Source: Bacteroidaceae bacterium (GTDB taxonomy: Bacteria; Bacteroidota; Bacteroidia; Bacteroidales; Bacteroidaceae). Taken from it: a stretch of DNA of 64,000 nt. The notes under the pieces are model-generated. The model was not told the DNA's origin. It was given only the letters and a program-made list of their open reading frames with translations, and made no database searches. The stretch spans positions 6,572 to 70,571 of the forward strand of contig JAGCVH010000054.1 in NCBI GenBank assembly GCA_017962495.1, read 5' to 3'. The stretch's first letter is position 1. The number at the start of each line of letters is the position of its first letter. Below are positions 55,907 to 64,000 of the stretch, piece by piece. A program made the translations under genes and the position numbers.

Positions 55907-56893
55907 ATGGAAGAGATTATAGCAAGGATTCCGCGTGAAGTGTTGAAGCAGGAGTTGACAGAGGACAAACGCCTACGCTTTACGAACAAGAGCAACAACG
56001 AGGTGTACATTGTGACTTGGCAGGATTCGCCAAACACCTTGCGTGAGATAGGACGCTTGCGCGAGATTGCTTTTCGTGATGCGGGCGGAGGAACAGGAAA
56101 GGCTATGGACCTGGACGAGTTCGACACCTGTGAGCATCCCTACAAACAACTGATTGTGTGGGACCCTGAACACGAGGAAATCCTTGGAGGCTATCGCTAT
56201 ATGCTGGGTAAGGACTGGCCCATCGACCAGGAGACAGGTCAACCCCATTTGGCCACCAGTCATATGTTTAGTTTCAGCGAACGCTTCATGCACGACTATG
56301 CCCCTTACACCATAGAACTCGGTCGCTCTTTTGTCACCCTCGAATATCAGAGCACTCGCATGGGTTCCAAAGCCCTCTATGCACTCGATAACTTGTGGGA
56401 CGGCTTGGGTGCTTTGGTCGTTATCGAACCGTCCGTGCGTTACCTCTTCGGCAAGTTCACGATGTATCCCACCTACGACCGCATGGCTCGCGACATGATT
56501 CTGTACTTCCTACAGAAGCATTTCCCTGACCCCGACCGCCTAATTTCTCCGATGAAACCGCTGATTTTGGAGCATGATCCTGCCATATTCAGGGCTTTGT
56601 TCACAGAGGATGAGTTCCGCAAGGACTATCGCATCCTCAACCGCGAAGTAAGGCAGTTGGGTTACAACATTCCTCCCTTGGTAAACGCCTACATGAGTCT
56701 AAGTCCTACGATGAAACTCTTCGGCACAGCCATCAACGACGGCTTTGGCGATGTGGAGGAGACGGGCATCCTGATTGCTGTCGACGAAATCCTGCAGGAG
56801 AAGCGTATGCGTCACATCGATACCTTTGCCGCCGAACATCCCGAACTGGTAAAGATCATCGATGGAGCCCACCGCATATTCTACAAGGTTTAG
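55907..56893 (+). CDS. glsB: OlsB-like GNAT N-acyltransferase (hemolysin-like), glycine-lipid pathway GlsB-like
   Basis: 328 aa. LREIAFRDAGGGTGKAMDLDEFD and the overall layout match the Bacteroidales N-acyl amino acid synthase family. Confidence 0.7.
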   Translation: MEEIIARIPREVLKQELTEDKRLRFTNKSNNEVYIVTWQDSPNTLREIGRLREIAFRDAGGGTGKAMDLDEFDTCEHPYKQLIVWDPEHEEILGGYRYMLGKDWPIDQETGQPHLATSHMFSFSERFMHDYAPYTIELGRSFVTLEYQSTRMGSKALYALDNLWDGLGALVVIEPSVRYLFGKFTMYPTYDRMARDMILYFLQKHFPDPDRLISPMKPLILEHDPAIFRALFTEDEFRKDYRILNREVRQLGYNIPPLVNAYMSLSPTMKLFGTAINDGFGDVEETGILIAVDEILQEKRMRHIDTFAAEHPELVKIIDGAHRIFYKV

Positions 56894-56945
56894 AACTTGA
56901 TAGTTCCTGCGCCACAAGTCTAACGCATTATTCTTTTATAAAGAT

Positions 56946-58022
56946 TCATTGGTTGGGAAGATGTTTTTCATATTCTTCCCTATAGTAGATGTTGGTGTTG
57001 TGGGTGCGCATTATTGCCCACCAGTTGAGAGGGATGGTGAGGCGTGGGGCTTCGTCCGTGTTGAGCTCCAGTATATGCAGAGCGTTGCCACATCCCTCAA
57101 CATTGTTACCAAAGGCCTCCGCTTCCAACTGGTATATCATCCGTCTTTTCCCCTTGATGGTAGCATACTGCCAGTAGTGCTGCAACCTCCTTTTTTCACA
57201 GCCAGGAAGGGCGGCCGTCTGCAATCTGGAGAAGACGGGCTGCTCCGCAGAAAACCGTATCATACGGTTGCAAAGCTCATTTTCCAGCTCTTGCGCTTGT
57301 TCAAATCCCTTGACGGGAATGATGTAATGGGTGCCTGTGACCAATGAGGCGGCCAGAGAATCAGCACCATGCCCCATACGGAAAGTGAACGAAGTATAGA
57401 TTTCCCCTTCGGTGGGGAAAGGCACTCCTTCGTCCCACTCGTAGTGGACGGGGTACTGCTTAACACCCTTCTGCTCTGCCAGCAACTGTTTAAGTAATGC
57501 CTGCATAGGCTTGGGGTCAGCTGATTTCGGTGTAACCTTCGTGGTTTTCTTTATGGTATAGAACAGGACAATGCAATCTGCATTCCGCTCACCCTTGTAG
57601 TGCCGGAAGGTCAGCATCTTTCGCGGCTCTTTTTCTATCGTAATGCTGTAGTCCACAGAGTCGGGTGTGGTGTATCGATAGCTTTCTTTTGCAGTCTTGC
57701 ACATCTTTTCCACCAGATACGTTGCATTGCGTAACAGAAAGCGCTGATTGTCGGCCGCTTGCCGATACCATTCCTTGTCAACCACATCTGTCATTTTCGT
57801 CGTATCCTCTACAACCGTAAAGATGGTATATTCGTCACTCATCGTCGAATCCTGTGCACAGCTAATTACATGCGATGCGGGAGCTCCGCGGTTTGCCAGA
57901 CTGTCGAACAGTTCTGTGAGGGTTTCTACTTCATGATCCGGTTTCTCCGTTACGTTTTGGGTGCACGAGGCTATGCTCATGGTGGCGAGCATCATTATAT
58001 ATATAAGGTATCTTGTATTCAT
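56946..58022 (-). CDS. Lipoprotein of unknown function (last gene of the ECF sigma operon)
   Basis: 358 aa with a lipobox (MSIASCTQN). No recognisable domain. Confidence 0.6.
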   Translation of the reverse strand: MNTRYLIYIMMLATMSIASCTQNVTEKPDHEVETLTELFDSLANRGAPASHVISCAQDSTMSDEYTIFTVVEDTTKMTDVVDKEWYRQAADNQRFLLRNATYLVEKMCKTAKESYRYTTPDSVDYSITIEKEPRKMLTFRHYKGERNADCIVLFYTIKKTTKVTPKSADPKPMQALLKQLLAEQKGVKQYPVHYEWDEGVPFPTEGEIYTSFTFRMGHGADSLAASLVTGTHYIIPVKGFEQAQELENELCNRMIRFSAEQPVFSRLQTAALPGCEKRRLQHYWQYATIKGKRRMIYQLEAEAFGNNVEGCGNALHILELNTDEAPRLTIPLNWWAIMRTHNTNIYYREEYEKHLPNQ

Positions 58023-58034
58023 ATGTTTGTATGT

Positions 58035-58388
58035 TTAATATTGTTCAACTATGGGTTCTTGTTGCTCTTGGATGTAGGCGGCTAGTCGTTCGCCTTTTTC
58101 CTTAATCTCCTGCTGATAGGCAAGTTGTACATCTATCATTGACAGCCCTTCGTCATAAGGCCACATTTGCATTGGCTCCTTTGAAGGGAAATGAGACTCA
58201 ACCTTCGTTTCTTTTGGAGGCATTAGTAAAATAGCAATGATTCCCGCTGCACAAGCGGCTGCAGCCATAGGCCAGAGACGTATTATGCGAGGCTTGGGTG
58301 GGCACAAGCGGTCGTACTCTTTAGTAAGGTCGGCCTCGAAGATGTCTATGTCCTCTGCGGCCTGGTGTATCAGTTCCTTGTCAATCAT
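58035..58388 (-). CDS. Putative anti-sigma factor (single-pass membrane protein)
   Basis: 117 aa with one central TM helix. It overlaps the ECF sigma gene by 8 nt. The call is by position only. Confidence 0.5.
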   Translation of the reverse strand: MIDKELIHQAAEDIDIFEADLTKEYDRLCPPKPRIIRLWPMAAAACAAGIIAILLMPPKETKVESHFPSKEPMQMWPYDEGLSMIDVQLAYQQEIKEKGERLAAYIQEQQEPIVEQY

Positions 58389-58875
58389 CGTTCCTTCTTT
58401 TTAAGATGTCCATTAATCGTTTTCTTGCTGTACTGAGCATGGCGCTGGCCGAGCGTTTCGGGATGCCTGTCTGCTCCGATATTTCCTTCAGGCTCAGGTC
58501 GTCGCCCTTCATGCGGATGAGTCTTTGTTCCGAAGGGGGCAGTCGCCTGATAGCATTCTCCAGAGCCATACATTGTTCCTGTTGCAGAAGAGGCATGTCA
58601 GCAGTAAGGTGTCCCGCAGGTTCAGGGATGCTCTCCAATCGTTCTGTTTCTCGCAACTTCTGTCGTCGCCATACGCTTACACACAGGTTCTTGGTGGCTC
58701 GGATGAGCAAGGCTTCAAGGTCGTCACCCTCGTGCCATCCTCGACGAAGCATACGTTCGTAGACCTCCTGCACGATGTCCTCAGCATTCTCCTCGTCGTG
58801 GAAGAAGTCTGTGGCCACGCGCAGCATTTTGGAGCGTGTTTTCAGGAGCGTCCGTTCAAATTCTATTCGTGTCAT
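58381..58875 (-). CDS. ECF-type RNA polymerase sigma-70 factor
   Basis: 164 aa with region 2 (EDIVQEVYERMLR) and a region 4 HTH (LSLKEISEQTGIPKRSASAMLSTARKRL). Confidence 0.88.
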   Translation of the reverse strand: MTRIEFERTLLKTRSKMLRVATDFFHDEENAEDIVQEVYERMLRRGWHEGDDLEALLIRATKNLCVSVWRRQKLRETERLESIPEPAGHLTADMPLLQQEQCMALENAIRRLPPSEQRLIRMKGDDLSLKEISEQTGIPKRSASAMLSTARKRLMDILKRRNDD

Positions 58876-58944
58876 CTATTTATATAACGCATGACACCCC
58901 GAAATGTTAAGTGCGGGATAATATTACTATTAAGATTTCGGGTA

Positions 58945-58977
58945 ATTAAAAAGCCTGGCTTAAACGGTTGCCAGGCT
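58945..58977 (-). terminator. Rho-independent terminator overlapping the dgt stop
   Basis: 8-bp stem AGCCTGGC/GCCAGGCT with a 10-nt loop. On the minus strand it is followed by TTTT. Confidence 0.55.
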
Positions 58978-60312
58978 CATTCCATTAATTTTACGATAGA
59001 GGTCGAGTGCGAACACGTCGGTCATGCCTGATATGTAGTCAAGCACGGCAAGTATGCGTTCGTACAGCGTTGGCGCATCTATCTGGTATTGCGAGCTTAC
59101 GCGATTGATGAGAATCATCGAGTAGGTGCGATCGGAGTGCGTCACAGCCTCCAGCATGAGGTCGAGCAATTGGGTTATGACCTTGTGACCTGCAATCTCG
59201 ATGTCCACAACCATCTGTGCGCGATAAATCTTGGTGACAGCCGTCTTTACGCAAGTCTTGTATGCTTGGCTTGCCCGTTCACTAATGTGGTCGATAAGAC
59301 TTCCCTCAAAGCGTCCGTCCAGGATGGCCTTTTCGTTGTCCACGAACACCCGCACACACTCGTTCTCGAGAAGACTGATGACGATGGAACGTAAGTAAAC
59401 CACCTGTTCGTTAATGTCGTCCAACTGAGCCAGTCTGGCGCGAATCTCCTTTTGCTTCTCCTTGTCGAAGAAGCCCATGAGCAGTTTGTGTGTTTCTTCC
59501 GTGGTCAGAATCTTCAGTTTGTGGGCATCCTCTATATCCATAATCTGATAGCAAATGTCGTCGGCGGCTTCCACGAGATAGACCAGTGGGTATCGGGCAT
59601 ACTGCTCTCCGCCTTTGCCATTCTTCACTTTCTTGATGCCTAACTCCTGTGCTATCTTGTTAAAATCGGCTTGTTCGGCTTGGAAGAAACCAAACTTCCC
59701 TTTCTTCGAGGCCTGACTACTCGAGTATGGGTATTTGACAATGCTGGCGAGGGTGGAGTACGTCATCACGAACCCGCCTTCGCGTCTGCCTCTGAAGTGG
59801 TGTGTGAGCAGTCGGAAAGCGTTTGCGTTTCCTTCGAAATGCACCAAGTCCTGCCACTGCTCAGGTGTGAGAGAATCGCCCGTTTCATCGCAGAAATAGG
59901 TCTCATATTTGCGTCCTTTTTCCTCACTGAAGTAGCTTCCGATAGCCCTTTCTCCACTGTGTCCGAAGGGAGGGTTCCCCAAGTCGTGTGCCAGGCATGC
60001 GGCACTGACTATGCTACCCATCTCCGTCAGGTGTGTCTTTGCAAGGCGTGGATGACGCTCAAGCAAGAGGCGGCTCACGTCGTTTCCCAGACTTCTTCCC
60101 ACCGAACTCACCTCTAAGGAGTGGGTAAGACGGTTGTGCACGAAGATGCTGCCTGGCAAGGGGAAGACCTGCGTCTTGTTTTGCAGACGACGGAAAGGAG
60201 CCGAAAAGATGAGGCGGTCAAAGTCGCGTTGGAATTCCGAACGGTCGTCCTCGCGATGAGGTGTTTTTTCCTGACCAAATCGTTTATTAGAAAGAAGTTG
60301 TTCCCATTTCAT
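58960..60312 (-). CDS. dgt: dNTP (dGTP) triphosphohydrolase, HD-domain
   Basis: 450 aa with HD motifs (RLTHSLEV, AHDLGNPPFGH) and the family N-terminus (FQRDFDRLIFSAPFRRLQNKTQVF). Confidence 0.88.
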   Translation of the reverse strand: MKWEQLLSNKRFGQEKTPHREDDRSEFQRDFDRLIFSAPFRRLQNKTQVFPLPGSIFVHNRLTHSLEVSSVGRSLGNDVSRLLLERHPRLAKTHLTEMGSIVSAACLAHDLGNPPFGHSGERAIGSYFSEEKGRKYETYFCDETGDSLTPEQWQDLVHFEGNANAFRLLTHHFRGRREGGFVMTYSTLASIVKYPYSSSQASKKGKFGFFQAEQADFNKIAQELGIKKVKNGKGGEQYARYPLVYLVEAADDICYQIMDIEDAHKLKILTTEETHKLLMGFFDKEKQKEIRARLAQLDDINEQVVYLRSIVISLLENECVRVFVDNEKAILDGRFEGSLIDHISERASQAYKTCVKTAVTKIYRAQMVVDIEIAGHKVITQLLDLMLEAVTHSDRTYSMILINRVSSQYQIDAPTLYERILAVLDYISGMTDVFALDLYRKINGMSLATV

Positions 60313-60335
60313 CCTGTTATCGTATAATGTTACTG

Positions 60336-60343
60336 CAAAGTTA
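60336..60343 (-). promoter_or_regulatory. Bacteroidetes -7 promoter box (TAnnTTTG) for dgt
   Basis: TAACTTTG on the minus strand, 23 nt upstream of the ATG. Confidence 0.5.
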
Positions 60344-60418
60344 GGAATTTATTCGTAATTCTTGAATGAATCGAGCGAATAAATTCGATTACATAATTCA
60401 TAATTCATAATTATTTGT

Positions 60419-60426
60419 TACCTTTG
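60419..60426 (+). promoter_or_regulatory. Bacteroidetes -7 promoter box (TAnnTTTG) for dut
   Basis: TACCTTTG, 22 nt upstream of the ATG at 60449. Confidence 0.55.
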
Positions 60427-60448
60427 AGCGCGTTTTAAGTATAATGTT

Positions 60449-60880
60449 ATGGAAATCCGTATTATTAATAGTTCGCATCACGCACTTCCTCGTTACGAAA
60501 CCTCGTTGTCGGCAGGCATGGACTTACGAGCCAACCTCGACGAACCCATAACCCTCCAGCCTCTCGAACGCCGACTGATACCCACAGGTCTGCGTATCGC
60601 TTTGCCAGCAGGCTATGAGGCACAGGTGCGTCCTCGCAGTGGTCTTGCCCTGAAGCATGGAGTGACGGTGTTGAACACCCCAGGCACCATCGATGCCGAC
60701 TATCGTGGTGAGATAGGTATAATATTGGTCAACCTAAGTCAGACTCCCTTTGTCATCAACGATGGCGAACGCATTGCCCAGATGGTGATTGCCCGTCACG
60801 AACAGCCTGATTTGGTGGCTGTTGAGGTGCTCGATGAGACGGAACGTGGCGAAGGCGGATTTGGGCATACGGGAGTATAA
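60449..60880 (+). CDS. dut: dUTP diphosphatase
   Basis: 143 aa with dUTPase motifs ([33 protein letters not shown]). Confidence 0.95.
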   Translation: MEIRIINSSHHALPRYETSLSAGMDLRANLDEPITLQPLERRLIPTGLRIALPAGYEAQVRPRSGLALKHGVTVLNTPGTIDADYRGEIGIILVNLSQTPFVINDGERIAQMVIARHEQPDLVAVEVLDETERGEGGFGHTGV

Positions 60881-60939
60881 GGGGTTAATGGGTTAAAAGG
60901 TTAATAGGTTAATCGAGTTTTAGGTTTTAAGGTTTAATA

Positions 60940-62718
60940 TTGGGATTTGTGTTGAAACGTTTGTTCCTTCTTTTCCTGCTTTTTGTATTGGCACTTCCTT
61001 CTGAGGCACGTCGCAAGAAGGTGGTGAAGGAAGTTGTGCAACGAACGCAGTTGGCACCTGCCGATGCGCGTAGGCTTTCGTATTTCTTTCAGGAAGCCAT
61101 CAAGCAGAAGTTGGCAGGCAATCTCAGTGAGGCTCACGACCTCTTCCAGCATTGTCTGGACATAGACCCCGACGACCCCGATGCCTTGTTCGAGATGGCC
61201 TACCTGAAGTTCTTCTATGGTCAGGACAGCATAGGCACAGCCCTGTTCCGTCGTGTGGTGGAACTCGACAATCGCAATCCTCGATACATCCAGTCGCTTG
61301 CTGCCGCCTATCTTGCCCAGAACCAGTTCGACGAGGCCATTCCCGTAGTGGAACGCCTGGCGGAGTTGCAGACACGCCGTTCCGATGTGCTCTACCAGTT
61401 GGTGGAGTTGTATAAGGCCAATGGCAAGACGGACGAAGCCATCCGTGCGCTCGACCGCATCGAACTGCTCGAAGGACGAACCCTGCAGACCAGTATGCAG
61501 AAGTATGCCCTCTACCTCGACCAGGAACGCAAGAACGAGGCCTTCGCCGTGCTGGAGGAATTGCAACGCGAGTCGCCTTACGACTTACGCATCCCCCTCA
61601 TCCGAGGCAAGCAATATCTCGATAACGACGACCCCGACAAGGCATTGGAATGTTTCAACACCGTGGCACAGGCCGACCCCCAGAATGCGGAATTGCGCAT
61701 GGCCATGATGGACTATTATGCCCACACCAAGCAGACTGATTTGCGTCAGTCCCTGCGCGACTCCTTGCTCTATGCCAAGGACACGCCCGACGATGTCCGG
61801 ACGCAGATGGTTGCCGTCTTGATCGATGACTTGAAGGGACAACCCCAGCAGAAGCAGGTGGTGATGGAGACCTTGGATTCTCTGATACGCCTGTCGCCCA
61901 CGCCTCTCATGTATTCCCTGCGTGTCTCCTACCTCATGCACTCGCAAGCCAGTCAGGACAGCATCACTGTCGCCATGCGCGACTTGCTCAAGGTCGATCC
62001 CTCTAACGAGAACGCTCTTTCTCGCATGCTTGCCTTGTATCTTAGTCAGCGCGACATGGAACAGGTTGCCGAGATCTGTCGCATGGGCATCAACACCCAT
62101 CCCGAGTCGCTCACCTATTACTATTACCTCGGCATTGCTCTGACGCAGATGAAGCAAAACGAGCCCGCCATCGAAGTCTTGCAGGGAGGTTTGAAGCAGG
62201 CCGAAGGGCAGGCTCAACCCGAACTCATTGCCGACATCTATGAGATACTGGGAGAGATTTATTACGACCAAGGCAAGCACGACGAAGCCTTTGCCGCCTA
62301 CGACAGTTGTCTTGTCTATAAGGACGACCATGCCGCTTGTCTCAACAACTACGCCTACTACCTCAGTTTGCGTAACGAACGCCTCGACGAGGCCGAGCGC
62401 ATGGCCTATCGAGCCATCAAGGCCGAGCCCCTCAACAAGACCTATCTCGACACCTACGCATGGGTTCTCTTCATGCAGAACAACTATACGATGGCGAAGT
62501 TCTACATCGATCGCGTCATCTCTCCCTCCACGTCCGACAGTCTCCTCCTTGCCGACGACGATGTTCATGCCGATGTCCTTGAGCATGCTGGCGACATCTA
62601 TGCCCGGAACGCCGATATGGAACAGGCCATGCGTTACTGGTCGCTGGCTCAGCAGAAGGGGAGCGAGAGTGCCGTCCTGACCCGAAAACTGAAACAGAAG
62701 AAATATATTAAGGAATGA
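60940..62718 (+). CDS. Tetratricopeptide-repeat protein
   Basis: 592 aa with a signal/anchor peptide and multiple TPR-like helical repeats. It follows dut, as in other Bacteroidales. Confidence 0.8.
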   Translation: MGFVLKRLFLLFLLFVLALPSEARRKKVVKEVVQRTQLAPADARRLSYFFQEAIKQKLAGNLSEAHDLFQHCLDIDPDDPDALFEMAYLKFFYGQDSIGTALFRRVVELDNRNPRYIQSLAAAYLAQNQFDEAIPVVERLAELQTRRSDVLYQLVELYKANGKTDEAIRALDRIELLEGRTLQTSMQKYALYLDQERKNEAFAVLEELQRESPYDLRIPLIRGKQYLDNDDPDKALECFNTVAQADPQNAELRMAMMDYYAHTKQTDLRQSLRDSLLYAKDTPDDVRTQMVAVLIDDLKGQPQQKQVVMETLDSLIRLSPTPLMYSLRVSYLMHSQASQDSITVAMRDLLKVDPSNENALSRMLALYLSQRDMEQVAEICRMGINTHPESLTYYYYLGIALTQMKQNEPAIEVLQGGLKQAEGQAQPELIADIYEILGEIYYDQGKHDEAFAAYDSCLVYKDDHAACLNNYAYYLSLRNERLDEAERMAYRAIKAEPLNKTYLDTYAWVLFMQNNYTMAKFYIDRVISPSTSDSLLLADDDVHADVLEHAGDIYARNADMEQAMRYWSLAQQKGSESAVLTRKLKQKKYIKE

Positions 62719-63461
62719 AAACGAAGAAACTCATACTATTGGTGGCTGTGGGCGCTTTGGTGCTCTCAGGTTGCCGTTCGTCGAGACACGCCCAGCGTAC
62801 TGACTCCTCCACAAGTCCCACGCAGACCGAGTACCCCGCCGACACACAAGGGAATAAGAAGTCGAAGGACAAGAAGGAAGCCGACAAGCAAAAGGAGAAG
62901 GACGCCAGAAAGACACCCAAGGCCACGGGTGTCAATGCCGTAACGGCAAAGCTGAACATGACGTTGGAGTCAGGTGGCAAGCGTGTCAACGTGGGAGGAA
63001 CCTACCGCTTGAAGCGCGACGAGGTCATTCAGTTGAACCTAACCTACACGATGATTATCACCGTCAGTGTGGGTACACTGGAACTTACACCCGACTATCT
63101 GCTTGTCATCGACCGCCTGAACAAGCGTTTCTGTCGTGTCACTTACGATGAAGTGCCCTCACTGGCAGAAGCAGGCGTCACTTTCGACAGGCTCCAGCGT
63201 GTCTTCTGGGGTGAGGCCGAACCCTCGCCAACGCCTATGTTCGAGTGGACCTACAGCGACTGGCAGCCCTTGGGCAATGGTGAGTTCCCTGGCAAGATTG
63301 TGTTTGAAGCCAAGCCCAAGCGGACGAGTTACAAGGCCACAATCGAACTCTCTAACCTAAAGGAGAGCGACAGTTGGGAAACGCGCACCGAAGTATCTTC
63401 CAAGTACACCCCCATCTCCCTCGATGCAGTCATGAAGGCCCTGATGTCAGTGGCGAAGTAA
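62715..63461 (+). CDS. DUF4292-family (LolA-like) lipoprotein
   Basis: 248 aa with a lipobox (LVLSGC). The family-typical segment is GGTYRLKRDEVIQLNL...LLVIDRLNKRF. It overlaps the TPR gene by 4 nt. Confidence 0.7.
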   Translation: MKTKKLILLVAVGALVLSGCRSSRHAQRTDSSTSPTQTEYPADTQGNKKSKDKKEADKQKEKDARKTPKATGVNAVTAKLNMTLESGGKRVNVGGTYRLKRDEVIQLNLTYTMIITVSVGTLELTPDYLLVIDRLNKRFCRVTYDEVPSLAEAGVTFDRLQRVFWGEAEPSPTPMFEWTYSDWQPLGNGEFPGKIVFEAKPKRTSYKATIELSNLKESDSWETRTEVSSKYTPISLDAVMKALMSVAK

Positions 63462-63505
63462 GCTGACCCCTCGCACTCCCTTAAAAGGAGGCAGATGAAA
63501 AGAAT

Positions 63506-64000
63506 ATGAGAAACAAACTATCAATACGCACAGCCTGGTTCCCTCTCCTCAAGGGAGGGTTAGGATGGGTCATCCTCTTGTTTTTAGCTCTGCCTTTGCA
63601 GGCCCAGAACAGTCAGAAGGTGAAGGACCTGAAGAACCAGAAGTCGCGACTGGAGAAGGACTTGAAGAAGTCGCAGAACGACCTGTCTAAGACCAAGAAG
63701 GACGTGCAAAAAGGACAAGTGACCCTGCGCTATCTTGACCAAGAGATTGAGGTTCGCGTGCGTTACATCCACGACACGGAACGCGACCTCGACAGCCTGC
63801 AGACGCTGGTCGATTCCGTACAGTCCGAGATACAAGTGCTCGACTCCATCCTGACGGTAAAGAAGAACAAATACACCCACGCCCTGCGCATGGCACAGGC
63901 CTATCGCAAGACCAACAGTTCCCTGCTCTTTGCCCTGTCGGCAGGCGATGTAACCCAGATGTACCGCCGTCTGCGCTACACCCGTCAGTATGCCTCCTAC
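63506..64000 (+). CDS. EnvC-like murein hydrolase activator / M23 peptidase, N-terminal part (truncated by the window end)
   Basis: An open frame runs from the ATG at 63506 to the window end (165 codons). It has a signal peptide (VILLFLALPLQAQ) and then a coiled-coil (KVKDLKNQKSRLEKDLKKSQNDLSKTKKD). The conserved neighbourhood is dut-TPR-DUF4292-M23. Confidence 0.7.
   Translation, partial: MRNKLSIRTAWFPLLKGGLGWVILLFLALPLQAQNSQKVKDLKNQKSRLEKDLKKSQNDLSKTKKDVQKGQVTLRYLDQEIEVRVRYIHDTERDLDSLQTLVDSVQSEIQVLDSILTVKKNKYTHALRMAQAYRKTNSSLLFALSAGDVTQMYRRLRYTRQYASY

Noticed and set aside
60934-62586. Long minus-strand ORFs (210 aa and 333 aa) opposite the TPR protein gene
   Set aside because: These are antisense shadows of a confidently called TPR CDS that fits the conserved dut-TPR-DUF4292-M23 order. 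They have no signal, motif or promoter box.

Overview
The window is a chromosomal segment from a Bacteroidales genome, most likely Prevotella/Segatella-like. This is inferred from TAnnTTTG -7 promoter boxes, three T9SS C-terminal sorting domains, the glycine-lipid glsA/glsB pair, the dut-TPR-DUF4292-M23 gene order and the Bacteroidetes-type dcw order. I call 52 CDS (one truncated at the 3' edge) and one tRNA-Glu(UUC). Most of the content is housekeeping. It includes a complete dcw cluster from rsmH to ftsZ (32630-47424, minus strand, no mraZ), methylmalonyl-CoA mutase mutA/mutB, gyrB-bcp, gpmI-ung, rpsT, recO, dgt, dut, a Na/Pi cotransporter, a two-component system and an ECF sigma operon. The accessory-looking content is of two kinds. 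One is a glycan-degradation group (a T9SS CotH-like protein, a GH29-GH97 fusion and a BNR4/T9SS protein). The other is a surface-protein operon (two PCMD-domain proteins, an OMP beta-barrel, a T9SS adhesin-like protein with an internal tandem duplication, a dockerin-like tail and a 7TM-AraC regulator). I found no transposase, integrase, prophage, CRISPR array, reverse transcriptase or recognisable defence system. The most unusual signal is non-coding. Five intergenic loci carry short 5+4+5 palindromic units arranged at an exact 22-bp phase. The largest array has nine units and lies upstream of an HU-like gene. Its core also matches, as I recall it, the inverted-repeat core of Bacteroides Mpi-type invertible promoters. 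All functional calls come from motif and family recognition by eye, with no database search.
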